Shown: positions 1-10,141 of the stretch, piece by piece
Layout of the letters: each line of letters begins with the position of its first letter
Numbering within the stretch: position 1 is the first letter of the stretch
From: an uncultured SAR86 cluster bacterium
Lineage (GTDB): Bacteria > Pseudomonadota > Gammaproteobacteria > Magnimaribacterales > AG-339-G14
NCBI GenBank assembly: GCA_902560275.1
Contig: CACELJ010000001.1
Span: 883 to 64,882, forward strand
Direction of reading: 5' to 3'
DNA length: 64,000 nucleotides
Notes under the pieces: generated by a model
What the model was told of the DNA's origin: nothing
What the model saw: the letters and a program-made list of their open reading frames with translations, nothing else
Databases searched by the model: none
Translations under genes and position numbers: made by a program

Positions 1-598
1 CATCAATGGAAACGCTGTAAAGCCAGCCTTCGCCAGGCGAAAATTGAAGAGGAAGGGTAGCTAAAGTTTCGCATACTTCTTTTAAATCCAGAGAACGTCT
101 TTCTCTGTCTGGCATTAATTCGTCAAATACATGTCTGTAGGCACTATCTAAGTGATTTTCAAAATTAATTGAGTAGCTAAGACCAGAAGTATGGGTTAAT
201 AAATCTCGGATGGTCATTTCTCTGTTCACTGGTCTGGTATCAAAAGCTGGATAGATTCCACTTATATAAACTGATTGATTTTTAAATTCAGGAAGAAATT
301 TACTAACTGGATCTGCCAGATGAAAGTAACCTTTTTCATATAACTGCATTAAGGCAACTCCAGTTACAGGTTTCGTCATTGAATAGATTCTAAAAATCGA
401 GTCATCTTCCATCTTAAGATTTTGTTCAATATCTCTTAAACCTTGAGAGTGACAATGAACAATTTCTCCATTTCTTGCTACCAAGGTTTGCGTTCCGGAT
501 ATTTTTCCTGGTGATATATATCTATCCATGTAAAGTTCATCCATGAATTGGAGTTTTTCCTTGGATAAATTGTGTTTATTTGGATTAACTATCTTCAT
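1..598 (-). CDS. serine hydrolase / beta-lactamase-family protein, N-terminal part (3' end runs off the window)
   Basis: Not in the ORF track because no stop lies in the window. Manual reverse translation from the ATG at 598-596 gives MKIVNPNKHNLSKEKLQFMDELYMDRYISPGKISGTQTLVARNGEIVHCHSQGLRDIEQNLKMEDDSIFRIYSMTKPVTGVALMQLYEKG. It contains the S-x-x-K motif (SMTK). Confidence 0.7.
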   Translation of the reverse strand, partial: MKIVNPNKHNLSKEKLQFMDELYMDRYISPGKISGTQTLVARNGEIVHCHSQGLRDIEQNLKMEDDSIFRIYSMTKPVTGVALMQLYEKGYFHLADPVSKFLPEFKNQSVYISGIYPAFDTRPVNREMTIRDLLTHTSGLSYSINFENHLDSAYRHVFDELMPDRERRSLDLKEVCETLATLPLQFSPGEGWLYSVSID

Positions 599-1031
599 TA
601 GTTTCCTTTTGATTTAATTTTGCGTTTATAAAATCTTTATGATTTAGGTATAGAAGATCAGCAATTCTTCTTATTAGATGCTCCTCATGCTTATCCATTT
701 CACCATCTGCAAACGCAATTGCCCAAACTGAATTAAGGACTTCTTTTTTCTGATCGTAATCAAGTTGATCGTTAAGTATTCTCGTATGTTCATAAAAAGA
801 AATTGATTCTTTAGACTTAGCAAGAGTTGCATCAACAATTTCTTGTATCTCCTCTTTTTCAATATCTAATTTACTGAGGGAACTTGCCATTGCTTTTAAT
901 TCAGATTCATCAAGTTGATTATCAGCATAAGCAACTTCTATCATTAAAGAGCAAATTGATTTTTGAATGCTGCTATCTTTACTTTCTTCTTCACTCTCTT
1001 TCGTTTTAAATAAATTTTTGAAAAGTTTCAT
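585..1031 (-). CDS. TerB-family (tellurite-resistance TerB / DjlA N-domain-like) protein
   Basis: 148-aa ORF with an acidic helical repeat pattern (EVAYADNQLDESE ... AIAFADGEMDKHEEHLIRRIADLL), typical of the TerB fold. Confidence 0.65.
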   Translation of the reverse strand: MKLFKNLFKTKESEEESKDSSIQKSICSLMIEVAYADNQLDESELKAMASSLSKLDIEKEEIQEIVDATLAKSKESISFYEHTRILNDQLDYDQKKEVLNSVWAIAFADGEMDKHEEHLIRRIADLLYLNHKDFINAKLNQKETNEDS

Positions 1032-1987
1032 GCGACTAATAAATGTTTTTTCTTCAGTATTCTTATTATCTCATCTACGTTCAGGTTGTCCGACATAATT
1101 ATTTGCCTAATCTTTTTTGAATAACTAAAACCTTTAAAAAAATTTACCATATGCCTTTTGATCAAATAGCCTGAAAATCCTAAATTTTGATTTTCAATCA
1201 AATATTTTTCCATCATCATTACAAGAGTTTCAATATCAGTTTCTTTGGTTGATTGATAAAAAATTTTATCTACTTTTGTTAGTTCATAAGGTTTTTCACA
1301 GACATACCTTCCGTACATCAATCCATCCACCATTTTTAATTTATTTTTATCTTCTAGAAAGTTAGATAAACCTCCGTTGAGTACTATTTCAATATCTGGA
1401 AATTCTTCTTTTAATCGGTAGACTCTTTCATAGTTAAGCGGTGGAATATTTCTATTTTCTTTCGGATTTAATTCTTCAAGCATTCCTTTTCTTGCATGCA
1501 CATACAGAGTTTTTATTCCTGATTGCAAAATGATTTCAGTGAAATTATCTAAAGTTTCTTCAATATCTTGATTATCTACTCCTAATCTAATTTTTGCAGT
1601 TATTGGTATATCAGATGATGCGGTCATAGCAGAAAGACATTCTTTAACTTTAGTTGGTTCGTACATGAGAAATGCTCCAAAACCTCCTGATTTCACCCTT
1701 GGGCTAGGACAACCAACATTCAAATTAATTTCATCGTATTTGTTTTCATTAATTATTTTAGTTGCTTCTGCGAGATCCTTTGGTTCACAACCTCCAAGCT
1801 GGAAGACAACTGGATTTTCTATATCAGTTTTTTGTAAGTATTTATCTATTCGTTTGTTTTTCAAAAGGGCATTGGAATGTACCATTTCTGTAAATAAAAC
1901 AGCATGTTTTGAGGCAAACCTACAAAGATTTCTAAAATGCGTATCAGTTCTACCCATCATTGGGGCGATACAAAAGGTTCTATCCAT
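1028..1987 (-). CDS. dusA: tRNA-dihydrouridine synthase A
   Basis: N-terminal CIAPMMGRTDTHFR and catalytic-Cys motif EINLNVGCPSPRV. Length is 319 aa. Confidence 0.9.
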   Translation of the reverse strand: MDRTFCIAPMMGRTDTHFRNLCRFASKHAVLFTEMVHSNALLKNKRIDKYLQKTDIENPVVFQLGGCEPKDLAEATKIINENKYDEINLNVGCPSPRVKSGGFGAFLMYEPTKVKECLSAMTASSDIPITAKIRLGVDNQDIEETLDNFTEIILQSGIKTLYVHARKGMLEELNPKENRNIPPLNYERVYRLKEEFPDIEIVLNGGLSNFLEDKNKLKMVDGLMYGRYVCEKPYELTKVDKIFYQSTKETDIETLVMMMEKYLIENQNLGFSGYLIKRHMVNFFKGFSYSKKIRQIIMSDNLNVDEIIRILKKKHLLVA

Positions 1988-3495
1988 TAAAAGTAATAAA
2001 AAATTGCTGTTAATCCAACAAAGCTCAATACGATTGTATAAGGAAGAGCCAGCTTGACCATTCTTAAATAAGACAGACCAATTAGAGGAGCCACTGATGA
2101 TGTTAGCAAGAAGAGAAAGGCTGCTTGTCCGTTCGGAGTAGCAACACTTGGTAAGTTTGTACCGGTATTTATCGCAACAGCTAACGCATCAAATTGATCT
2201 CTGCTGATTTCTCCAGAATCTAATGCAGCTTTAATTTCGTTGATATAAATAGTAGCAACAAAAACATTGTCACTAATCATGGATAAAATTCCATTTGCTA
2301 TAAAAAACAGTGGTGCTTGAAGTTCCACGGCTTGAAGAAACACATAATCAATAACAGGCTTAAATAAATGTTGATCGTGTATAACTGCAACCACAGCAAA
2401 AAAAACAACCAGCAGGGCTGTGAAAGGAAGAGCTTCCTCGAAGGCTTTTCCTAATTCTTTTTCTTCAATGATCCCTGTAAATGAAGTCAAAAGTATAATG
2501 ATCATCAAACCTATAAGACCAACAGCAGCAATACTAAATGCCAACGAGAACATGAGGATTAATCCAACTATTAGTTGAACGAGAAGTTTGGCTTTAACTT
2601 GATCTGTTAAGTTAGCTGTTTGATCATCATCAAATGCTTGAAGTATATCTCTTACTCTTTCTGGGAGTTGAGCGCCGTATCCAAAAACCTTAAATCTTTC
2701 TAAAAATAATGTAGTGAACAAGCCAGCGATTAAAACAGGCATTGAAATTGGAGCCATCCTGATAAAAAATTCTATAAAGTCCCATTCGGCAATAGATGCA
2801 ATAAGAAGATTTTGTGGCTCTCCTACAATAGTACAAACGCCACCAAGAGCTGTTCCCACGGCTCCATGCATTAGTAGGTTACAAAGAAAGAGTTTAAATT
2901 TTTCTAAATTAATTGATTCATTATCGTCTAGATGAGAATCATCGTTTAAATCATGTTCATCTAAATAATCTTTTCCAGATGCCGCTTGGTGGTAAACAGT
3001 ATAAAAACCAACTGCGACGGATATTAAAACTGCTGTTACGGTTAAGGCATCGAGAAAAGCTGATAAAAAAGCGGCAGCGAAGACAAAAAGAAGAGATACA
3101 GTAGTCTTATTTTTTACTTTCAACAAAAGCTTAGTAAAAATAAAAAGAAGCAGATCTTTCATAAAAAATATTCCAGCAACCATGAACATAAGCAATAGAA
3201 TTACTTTAAGGTTCAGAGAAATCTCGTAATAAACTTGACTGGTTGTAGTGAGCCCTAAAATAACTGCCTGCAGTGCTATCAGTCCTCCTGGAGGAAGAGG
3301 GTGACATTTAAAAGTCATGGCAAGTGTAAAAATAAATTCCGCAAGAATAACCCAGCCTAGAATGGTCCCAGCAGGCAAGGACGTTGCAATACAAATGAAG
3401 TAAAGAATTGGATTTATAACTAAAAAGGCTAGAATGGTCTGTTTATACCAATCAGGAGCATGACCAAGAAAGTTCTTAAAAATTGCTGAGGACAT
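1987..3495 (-). CDS. nhaB: Na+/H+ antiporter NhaB
   Basis: Long near-identical blocks to the NhaB family: [47 protein letters not shown]. The track ORF extends to 3549. Met19 (3495) aligns with the E. coli NhaB N-terminus, so I prefer it. Confidence 0.88.
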   Translation of the reverse strand: MSSAIFKNFLGHAPDWYKQTILAFLVINPILYFICIATSLPAGTILGWVILAEFIFTLAMTFKCHPLPPGGLIALQAVILGLTTTSQVYYEISLNLKVILLLMFMVAGIFFMKDLLLFIFTKLLLKVKNKTTVSLLFVFAAAFLSAFLDALTVTAVLISVAVGFYTVYHQAASGKDYLDEHDLNDDSHLDDNESINLEKFKLFLCNLLMHGAVGTALGGVCTIVGEPQNLLIASIAEWDFIEFFIRMAPISMPVLIAGLFTTLFLERFKVFGYGAQLPERVRDILQAFDDDQTANLTDQVKAKLLVQLIVGLILMFSLAFSIAAVGLIGLMIIILLTSFTGIIEEKELGKAFEEALPFTALLVVFFAVVAVIHDQHLFKPVIDYVFLQAVELQAPLFFIANGILSMISDNVFVATIYINEIKAALDSGEISRDQFDALAVAINTGTNLPSVATPNGQAAFLFLLTSSVAPLIGLSYLRMVKLALPYTIVLSFVGLTAIFYYF

Positions 3496-3505
3496 AGTTT
3501 TTTGT

Positions 3506-4327
3506 ATGAATATTTTTACGCCGGCTAATTTTATAGATGATACGTCCAAAGAGTCAAAGTACTTTCCTGTATATAATTCAAAGTTATTACACTTTTTAAA
3601 AGAATCTTCGGTCCGACCAGCTACTGAGGATGAAATGAAATGGTCAGGACTAGAAGAAAAAAGTAGACACTTTATTGGATATTTAGATAACGCAGCTCTT
3701 TATGCTGTCTCTGTCTCAAACGAACAAACAATGATTCCAGATACAACTTTTACTGATTTAAGAGCTTTATTTCCTGTCATGAATATGCATCTTTTCGAGG
3801 CCATCTCTAGAGCATTTCAGATAGTCAACTGGTCAGACTCCAATAGATATTGTGGTTTTTGTGGATCAGAATTACATCATGATGAAAAGGAAAGGGCTAT
3901 GAAATGTCATAATTGTCATGCGCCTTTAGTTTATCCAAAAATTTCTCCATGCATAATTACCTTAATTCATAAAGATAAAAGCATCTTATTGGCTCACAAC
4001 AAAAATTTTCCAGTAAATCTTTACAGCACTATTGCTGGCTTTATTGAGGCCGGAGAAAGTGCCGAAGCCTGCCTGAAGAGAGAAGTTAAAGAAGAAGTTG
4101 GAATAGAGGTTCACAATATTAAATATTTTCAAAGTCAGTCTTGGCCTTTCCCGGGCCAATTAATGCTTGGATATTTTGCTGAATACAAATCTGGAGAGAT
4201 AACCCCAGATAACGATGAAATAGATGATGCTCAATGGTTTGAAGTTGATAATTTACCTAATACTCCTCCACCAGGCGTATCTATTTCAGGAGATTTAATT
4301 CAACATTTCCTGAATAGTCTCAAATAA
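3506..4327 (+). CDS. nudC: NAD+ diphosphatase / NADH pyrophosphatase (Nudix)
   Basis: Four-Cys zinc ribbon CGFCGSEL...CHNCH. Nudix box [23 protein letters not shown]. NudC-type SQSWPFP motif. Confidence 0.85.
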   Translation: MNIFTPANFIDDTSKESKYFPVYNSKLLHFLKESSVRPATEDEMKWSGLEEKSRHFIGYLDNAALYAVSVSNEQTMIPDTTFTDLRALFPVMNMHLFEAISRAFQIVNWSDSNRYCGFCGSELHHDEKERAMKCHNCHAPLVYPKISPCIITLIHKDKSILLAHNKNFPVNLYSTIAGFIEAGESAEACLKREVKEEVGIEVHNIKYFQSQSWPFPGQLMLGYFAEYKSGEITPDNDEIDDAQWFEVDNLPNTPPPGVSISGDLIQHFLNSLK

Positions 4328-4328
4328 A

Positions 4329-6386
4329 TTATTTATTTCTCGGATCGTTTGAAGCCCTAGTATCGCCGGCATGTTGCGTCTGATCTAAAACTGATTCTTC
4401 TTTTTCAACCTTTTTTGGTTCTTCAACTTTCTTAGGTCTGGATAATTTCACTGGTTTAGTAGCTTTCTTACTAGTTTCAGATTTTGATTCCTTTTTAGTT
4501 TCATTAACCTTACCTGCAGCTGCATCAGCTTGAAGCTTTGCCTCAGGGTCTTTTTTTGCAGCAGGTTTATTCTCTTTTTTTGGTTTTGAGATTTTTTTCT
4601 TTGGCGCTTCATCTACTGAATCTTTTTTCGCGGTTGCCTTAGATTTAACCTGTTCTCTTTTTTGGTTAGACTGTCTTCTCTTTTGATTAGAATTCCTTCT
4701 AGCATCTTGTTTAGGCTGATGTTTTTTATTTTGAGCTTTTCTAGGATTTCGTTTTCTTATATTTTTTGGTTTTTTCTTTCCTTTAGGTTTGCTGGTTTTA
4801 AACAGATTCACCAATTTAGATATCAAACCAGTTTTAGGTCTGGAGGATGGCATCAGATTAACAGCAGCTTTTTCCTCCTTCCTTGCAACAGGAGAACTGA
4901 TTGAATCTTTCTCTAATTGTTCTTGTATGTGAGAACTTGTTTCCTCTTCAATTATTTCTCCATCTTTTAATCTTACAACTTCAAATCTTGTATCTGGACG
5001 AATGGGATCAGCTATTACAGTTACTTTTAAGTTAGCTCTTGCTTCGATATCGTTAAGTCTTATTCTTCTCTCATTCAATAAAAGAGCAGACATTGATGGC
5101 GATACGATCGCTCTCACTTCTCCTGTATTTTCTTTACTACTTTCTTCTTCGATTAATCTTAATACAGCAGTTGAGAGAGTATTTATATCTTGAGTCCATC
5201 TTTCCTTCAAAGAAGACCTTAGTCTTTGTCTAGAGAGTTCAAGAAGACCAAATCTTGAAATTCTGCCTATTTGAACTCTCGCTCTATCCGCTGAGAGAGA
5301 ATTTCGCATTTCATCTTCCACTTTTCTTTTATTTTCGAGATTCATCATGTCAATAAAATCAATAACTACCAGACCGCCAATATCTCTAAGTCTTAACTGT
5401 CTGGATATTTCTTTCGCTGCTTCAAGATTAGTATGCGTAGCAGTTTCTTCAATATCTTTGCCTGAAGTTGCTTTTGATGAATTTATGTCTATCGCAACTA
5501 GGGCTTCTGCATCATCAATGACTATTGATCCACCTGACTCAAGCTTTACTTCTCTTTGATAAGCAGTCTCTATTTGAGACTCAATTTGGTATCGAGTGAA
5601 AAGAGGCAGACTGTTTTCATATCTTTTTATGATACTTGATTGTTCTGGCATGACTCTGTCTACAAACTCTATGGCTTGGTCATATGCTTCTTGAGTATCT
5701 ATCCAAACTTCATCAACGTCTTCCCTAACATAATCTCGGAGAGATCTAATGATCACATCACTTTCTTTGTAAATTAAGAAAGGACCATTTTTTTGAAGAT
5801 TTGCTTCCAAAATTGCATCCCAGACTTTCAGTAAATAATCTAAATCCCATTCTAATTCAGTTAGTTCCTTTCCTTCACCAGCAGTCCTAACAATTATCCC
5901 CATTTCTTCAGGAATATTCAGGGCAGAAACTTTTTGTTTCAAAGTATCTCTTTCAGAAGGGTTCAATCTTCTAGAGATGCCTTGAGCTTTTGGGTTGTTC
6001 GGCATCAAAACTAAAAATCTTCCTGCCAAACTGACAAAAGTAGTTAACGCAGCACCTTTGTTTCCGCGTTCTTCTTTTTCAACCTGAACGATAATTTCTT
6101 GATTCTTTGACAGACAATCTGTTATTGATAATCTTCCTTTTTTATCTTTGGGATAAAATTGGGGTGCCACTTCCTTGAAAGGCAGAAAACCGTGTCTATC
6201 AGCACCAAAATTGATAAATGCAGCCCCTAAACTTGGTTCCACTCTAGTAACAATGCCTTTGTAGATATTTCCCTTCCTTCTAACTTCATTTATATTTTCA
6301 ATATCTAAATCATAGAGGGAATCTCCTCTTGTCATCGCGACGCGAAGCTCTTCTGGTTGAGTAGCATTAATTAACATTCTTTTCAT
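4329..6386 (-). CDS. rne: ribonuclease E (short form, Lys-rich C-terminal tail)
   Basis: MKRMLINATQPEELRVA N-terminus, S1 domain, AIDINSSKATSGKDIEETA catalytic block, and RFGLLELSRQRL. It is divergent from rluC, as in E. coli. Confidence 0.9.
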   Translation of the reverse strand: MKRMLINATQPEELRVAMTRGDSLYDLDIENINEVRRKGNIYKGIVTRVEPSLGAAFINFGADRHGFLPFKEVAPQFYPKDKKGRLSITDCLSKNQEIIVQVEKEERGNKGAALTTFVSLAGRFLVLMPNNPKAQGISRRLNPSERDTLKQKVSALNIPEEMGIIVRTAGEGKELTELEWDLDYLLKVWDAILEANLQKNGPFLIYKESDVIIRSLRDYVREDVDEVWIDTQEAYDQAIEFVDRVMPEQSSIIKRYENSLPLFTRYQIESQIETAYQREVKLESGGSIVIDDAEALVAIDINSSKATSGKDIEETATHTNLEAAKEISRQLRLRDIGGLVVIDFIDMMNLENKRKVEDEMRNSLSADRARVQIGRISRFGLLELSRQRLRSSLKERWTQDINTLSTAVLRLIEEESSKENTGEVRAIVSPSMSALLLNERRIRLNDIEARANLKVTVIADPIRPDTRFEVVRLKDGEIIEEETSSHIQEQLEKDSISSPVARKEEKAAVNLMPSSRPKTGLISKLVNLFKTSKPKGKKKPKNIRKRNPRKAQNKKHQPKQDARRNSNQKRRQSNQKREQVKSKATAKKDSVDEAPKKKISKPKKENKPAAKKDPEAKLQADAAAGKVNETKKESKSETSKKATKPVKLSRPKKVEEPKKVEKEESVLDQTQHAGDTRASNDPRNK

Positions 6387-6664
6387 AAATACCTCGAAAA
6401 AAATGTTTTATAAGTAATTAAAAGTCAGCAATGACTTCAAAAATGTGAGATTTTCAGGATTTACGCCTACTGACCTGAAAAAATATTAATTGTTCTTATA
6501 AAACTCTATTATTTAACATGCAAAAATTCTTTATCTTTGAATAATTTATACTTTTAGGAGATTAAAAATAAAGATAAAGAGCAAAATTGCTATGTTTTAT
6601 CTCCTAAAAAAGAAGCTAAACTACCACAATAATAGGATATTTAAAAACAATTCCGCTTAACAAA
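6387..6664 (-). promoter_or_regulatory. rne/rluC divergent control region with structured leader (two long hairpins)
   Basis: First hairpin: TTTTCAGG (6451-6458) pairs with CCTGAAAA (6474-6481). Second hairpin: TTTTAGGAGAT (6552-6562) pairs with ATCTCCTAAAA (6599-6609), with further A/T pairing inside. E. coli rne is autoregulated through a structured 5' UTR. Confidence 0.4.
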
Positions 6665-7576
6665 TTGACAGAAGATAGCTATACAAAAGTTTCTATCGAA
6701 GAAATAGGCACAAATTCATCAAATCAAAGAGTAGATAATTTTTTGTTAGGAAAATTCAAAGATTTACCTAAATCAAAAATTTATTCGATCATTAGGAAAG
6801 GAGAGGTCAGAATAAACGGCTCCAGAGTAAAACCTCATTTTAAACTTTCCTTAGGGGATAAAATAAGGATTCCCCCCTTATTTTTGTCTAAAAAATCTAA
6901 TTTAAGTTCTCCAGAAAAAGGACTTATAGAGGAAATTAGGGAACAAGTAATTTATGAAGATGGAGAAATATTAGCGATTAACAAAAAGCATAATTTAGCT
7001 GTTCACGGAGGCTCAAGAGTAAGTGTCGGATTAATTGAAATTGTCAGAAACTTCGGAAAGGATTATAGAGACGCTCAACTTGTTCACAGGCTAGATAAAG
7101 CAACATCCGGTTGCATCATAGTAGCTAAGAATAAACAAAGCACTCGTCTTTACAATTCGTACATGAGATCAAATCAAATAATTAAAAAATATCACTGCTT
7201 AATTCATGGCTCTTGGCCAGAGAAACTCGATAACATAAGACTGCCATTGAAAGTTAATAAGAACGAAAATTTAAAGAAGACCATCGTTTCTGAAGAAGGA
7301 AAATATTCAGCAACTAACTTTAAATTGATTAAATCTAATCAATACTTTTCTTTACTAGAATGCAGCTTGGAGACCGGTAGGACTCATCAAATTAGAGTGC
7401 ATACCAGTGCCAGTGGTTTTCCGATAGTAGGCGATTTAAAATATTCCTCAATGAACTTAAACAGTGACATGGAGAAAAGAATGTATCTACATTGTTCAAG
7501 CTTAGAGATTTTAGAGAAGGATCTGAAAATCACCAGCAAAGTACCAAATTCTTTTTTTCAACCTTTTGAAGTTTGA
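6665..7576 (+). CDS. rluC: 23S rRNA pseudouridine synthase, RluA family (RluC-like)
   Basis: TTG start. N-terminal S4-like domain, catalytic HRLDKATSG, and GRTHQIRVH. Its position is divergent from rne. Confidence 0.8.
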   Translation: MTEDSYTKVSIEEIGTNSSNQRVDNFLLGKFKDLPKSKIYSIIRKGEVRINGSRVKPHFKLSLGDKIRIPPLFLSKKSNLSSPEKGLIEEIREQVIYEDGEILAINKKHNLAVHGGSRVSVGLIEIVRNFGKDYRDAQLVHRLDKATSGCIIVAKNKQSTRLYNSYMRSNQIIKKYHCLIHGSWPEKLDNIRLPLKVNKNENLKKTIVSEEGKYSATNFKLIKSNQYFSLLECSLETGRTHQIRVHTSASGFPIVGDLKYSSMNLNSDMEKRMYLHCSSLEILEKDLKITSKVPNSFFQPFEV

Positions 7577-7616
7577 TGATAAACGAAATTTCATCTAGAA
7601 TCGCATTCTTTTAATT

Positions 7617-7826
7617 ATGGCAGTACAAAAAAGTAAAGTATCTAGAGCAAGAAGAGGAGCGCGTAGGTCCCACAATGCTCTTAAAAACACAACCTTATCT
7701 ACCGATCAGGTTTCAGGAGAACGTCATCAGCGTCATGTCATGACTTCAGATGGTTTTTACAAAGGCAAGAAGGTGATGGAAGTAAAAATCAAAGAAGACA
7801 CTGAAGAACAAAATACTCCAGAATAA
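7617..7826 (+). CDS. rpmF: 50S ribosomal protein L32
   Basis: [24 protein letters not shown]-terminus. Confidence 0.95.
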   Translation: MAVQKSKVSRARRGARRSHNALKNTTLSTDQVSGERHQRHVMTSDGFYKGKKVMEVKIKEDTEEQNTPE

Positions 7827-7833
7827 TTAAGTT

Positions 7834-8568
7834 TTGAATTCTCAATATGTTTTTGTATCTGGTGCTTCGAGAGGCATTGGTCAAAGCATACTGAAGTTAT
7901 TTTCTTCCAAAGGGTTTCCTGTGATTGGAACGGCTACTTCTGAGGAAGGTGTTAATTTTATAGATGGAATCTTATCCGAATCATCTGGAGGAGGCTTTGG
8001 AATACAGCTTGATCTCTCTGATAAGCAATCAATTGAAAATTTGTTTGATACTTTGAAGGAGAAAGACATCAATCCAGAGATTATCGTTAATAATGCCGGC
8101 ATAACAAGAGATAATATTTTTCTGAGGATGAAAGATACAGAATGGGATGAGGTAATTCAGGTTCATCTTAGTTCTGTTTTTTCTTTACTGAAGTTTTTTT
8201 CGAAAAAAATGGTGAAAAATAAATCCGGAAGAATTATTAATATCTCTTCTACTTCGGCAGCTATTGGAAATAAGGGACAAGCTAATTACGCAGCCGCAAA
8301 ATCAGGTTTAGAGGCATTTTCAAGGTCTTTAGCCAGGGAACTGGCATCGAGGAATATAACCGTTAATTGCGTTGCACCAGGTTTCATAGAGACAGATATG
8401 ATCAAAGGTATGGATGAAGATACTTTAAAGTTTATGTCAGACCAAATTCCTCTGGGAAGGCTTGGTTCTCCCGAAGATGTAGCTGATTTAATTTATTTTC
8501 TATCTTCAGAAGAAGCTAATTACATCACTGGTCAGACCATTCATATAAATGGTGGACTTTATATGTAG
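7834..8568 (+). CDS. fabG: 3-oxoacyl-ACP reductase
   Basis: SDR motifs: [13 protein letters not shown]...YAAAKSG. It lies immediately upstream of acpP. Confidence 0.9.
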   Translation: MNSQYVFVSGASRGIGQSILKLFSSKGFPVIGTATSEEGVNFIDGILSESSGGGFGIQLDLSDKQSIENLFDTLKEKDINPEIIVNNAGITRDNIFLRMKDTEWDEVIQVHLSSVFSLLKFFSKKMVKNKSGRIINISSTSAAIGNKGQANYAAAKSGLEAFSRSLARELASRNITVNCVAPGFIETDMIKGMDEDTLKFMSDQIPLGRLGSPEDVADLIYFLSSEEANYITGQTIHINGGLYM

Positions 8569-8644
8569 GTTATGCAAAAAAAAATTAAAAAACTTATCTT
8601 CTAGGTATATAATTCGACAACTTTTTAACCTTAAAGAGGTATTT

Positions 8645-8878
8645 ATGAGCAGCACACAAGATAGAGTACAGAGAATTGTTTGCGAACAATTAGGCGTAAG
8701 CGAAGAAGAAGTTACTACATCAGCTTCTTTCATAGACGATTTGGGAGCAGACTCACTTGATACTGTTGAACTTGTAATGGCTTTTGAAGAGGAATTTGAA
8801 ATTGAAATTCCTGACGAAGAAGCTGAGAAAATAGCAACTGTTCAAGATGCTATCAGTTACATAGAATCTGCATCTTAA
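8645..8878 (+). CDS. acpP: acyl carrier protein
   Basis: [12 protein letters not shown]...[19 protein letters not shown] with the phosphopantetheine Ser in DSLD. AAGAGG lies upstream of the ATG at 8645. The longer track ORF starting at 8549 is rejected. Confidence 0.95.
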   Translation: MSSTQDRVQRIVCEQLGVSEEEVTTSASFIDDLGADSLDTVELVMAFEEEFEIEIPDEEAEKIATVQDAISYIESAS

Positions 8879-8896
8879 TTCCATTCACATACACTC

Positions 8897-10141
8897 ATGG
8901 CCGCATCTCGTAGAGTTGTAGTTACAGGCTTGGGTATCATTTCCCCGTTGGGAAATGAATTAGAGGTAACTTGGCAAAATATTTTAGCCGGTAAAAGTGG
9001 CGCTAAGACTGTAACTGCATTCGATGTAACAGATTACCCAACCAAATTTGCTGCTCCTGTAGAAAACTTTGATGATGTAAATTATCTGGATGTAAAAACT
9101 AAACGAAGAGTTGATGAATTTGTTCAATATGGATTAGTTGCATCCAAACATGCAATTGAAAATTCTGGCTTAGAGCTAAATTCACTCGATTCTTCGAGAA
9201 TAGGAGTCTCGATAGGATCTGGCATAGGTGGTTTAGATACCATTGAAAAAAATGCTCTTACTTTAGACAAGAGAGGTCCTAGAAAGATTTCACCATTTTT
9301 TGTACCAGGAGCAATCGTAAACATGGTTTCTGGCATGGTCTCCATCGAATACGGATTGCATGGCCCCAATTTATCGATTGTTACAGCTTGTTCTAGTGGA
9401 AATCACAGCATTGGATTTTCAGCAAGGTCTATTTCACACGGTGATTGCGATGTTATGATCACCGGTGGATCAGAGATGGCTATCACCCCTCTAGGTTTGG
9501 GAGGGTTTTCTGCAGTAACAGCTTTATCTACTAACAATGAAAATCCTACCAAAGCTAGCAGACCGTGGGATAAAGATAGAGATGGTTTTGTTTTAGGTGA
9601 TGGAGCCGGTGTTTTAGTATTGGAAGAATATGAGCATGCTAAAGAAAGATCTGCAAATATTTATGCAGAAGTGTCAGGATTTGGAATGAGTTCTGATGCT
9701 TTTCATATGACAGCGCCTGCTGAAGATGGGAAGGGCGCCAAACAGGCAATGATCTCCGCATTAAAGGATGCAGATCTAGATAGCTCTAAAATTGACTACA
9801 TAAATGCTCATGGAACATCTACTCCTTTAGGGGATATCATCGAAGCTAATGCGATAGCCGACATTTTTTCTACTTCTCAAGAACAAATTGCTGTTTCATC
9901 TACAAAGTCCATGACTGGTCATCTTTTAGGAGCAGCGGGTGCAATAGAATCAATTTTTTCTATTCTAAGTCTTAGAGATAATCGTCTCCCTCCAACCATA
10001 AATCTTGATAATCTTGACGCAGATGCTCCAAAACTTAACTACGTTGCTAATGAATCTCAAGAAAAAGAAATTAACTACGTCCTAAATAATTCATTTGGTT
10101 TTGGCGGAACGAACGCATCTTTGGTGTTCTCAAAAATCTAG
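8897..10141 (+). CDS. fabF: 3-oxoacyl-ACP synthase II
   Basis: Active-site TACSSG, NAHGTSTP, and GHLLGAAG. Length is 414 aa. Confidence 0.9.
   Translation: MAASRRVVVTGLGIISPLGNELEVTWQNILAGKSGAKTVTAFDVTDYPTKFAAPVENFDDVNYLDVKTKRRVDEFVQYGLVASKHAIENSGLELNSLDSSRIGVSIGSGIGGLDTIEKNALTLDKRGPRKISPFFVPGAIVNMVSGMVSIEYGLHGPNLSIVTACSSGNHSIGFSARSISHGDCDVMITGGSEMAITPLGLGGFSAVTALSTNNENPTKASRPWDKDRDGFVLGDGAGVLVLEEYEHAKERSANIYAEVSGFGMSSDAFHMTAPAEDGKGAKQAMISALKDADLDSSKIDYINAHGTSTPLGDIIEANAIADIFSTSQEQIAVSSTKSMTGHLLGAAGAIESIFSILSLRDNRLPPTINLDNLDADAPKLNYVANESQEKEINYVLNNSFGFGGTNASLVFSKI

Noticed and set aside
1028-1987. dusA as a known integration hotspot for integrative elements.
   Set aside because: The dusA 5' end directly abuts nhaB (shared nucleotide 1987). 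There is no integrase gene or duplicated dusA 5' fragment nearby.
1665-2057. 130-aa plus-strand ORF, with similar antisense ORFs at 674-862, 2714-2935, 2913-3104, 4662-4904, 5002-5193 and 5347-5559.
   Set aside because: All lie antisense inside strongly supported genes (TerB, dusA, nhaB, rne). They have low-complexity or biased composition and no recognisable motifs, so they are shadow ORFs.
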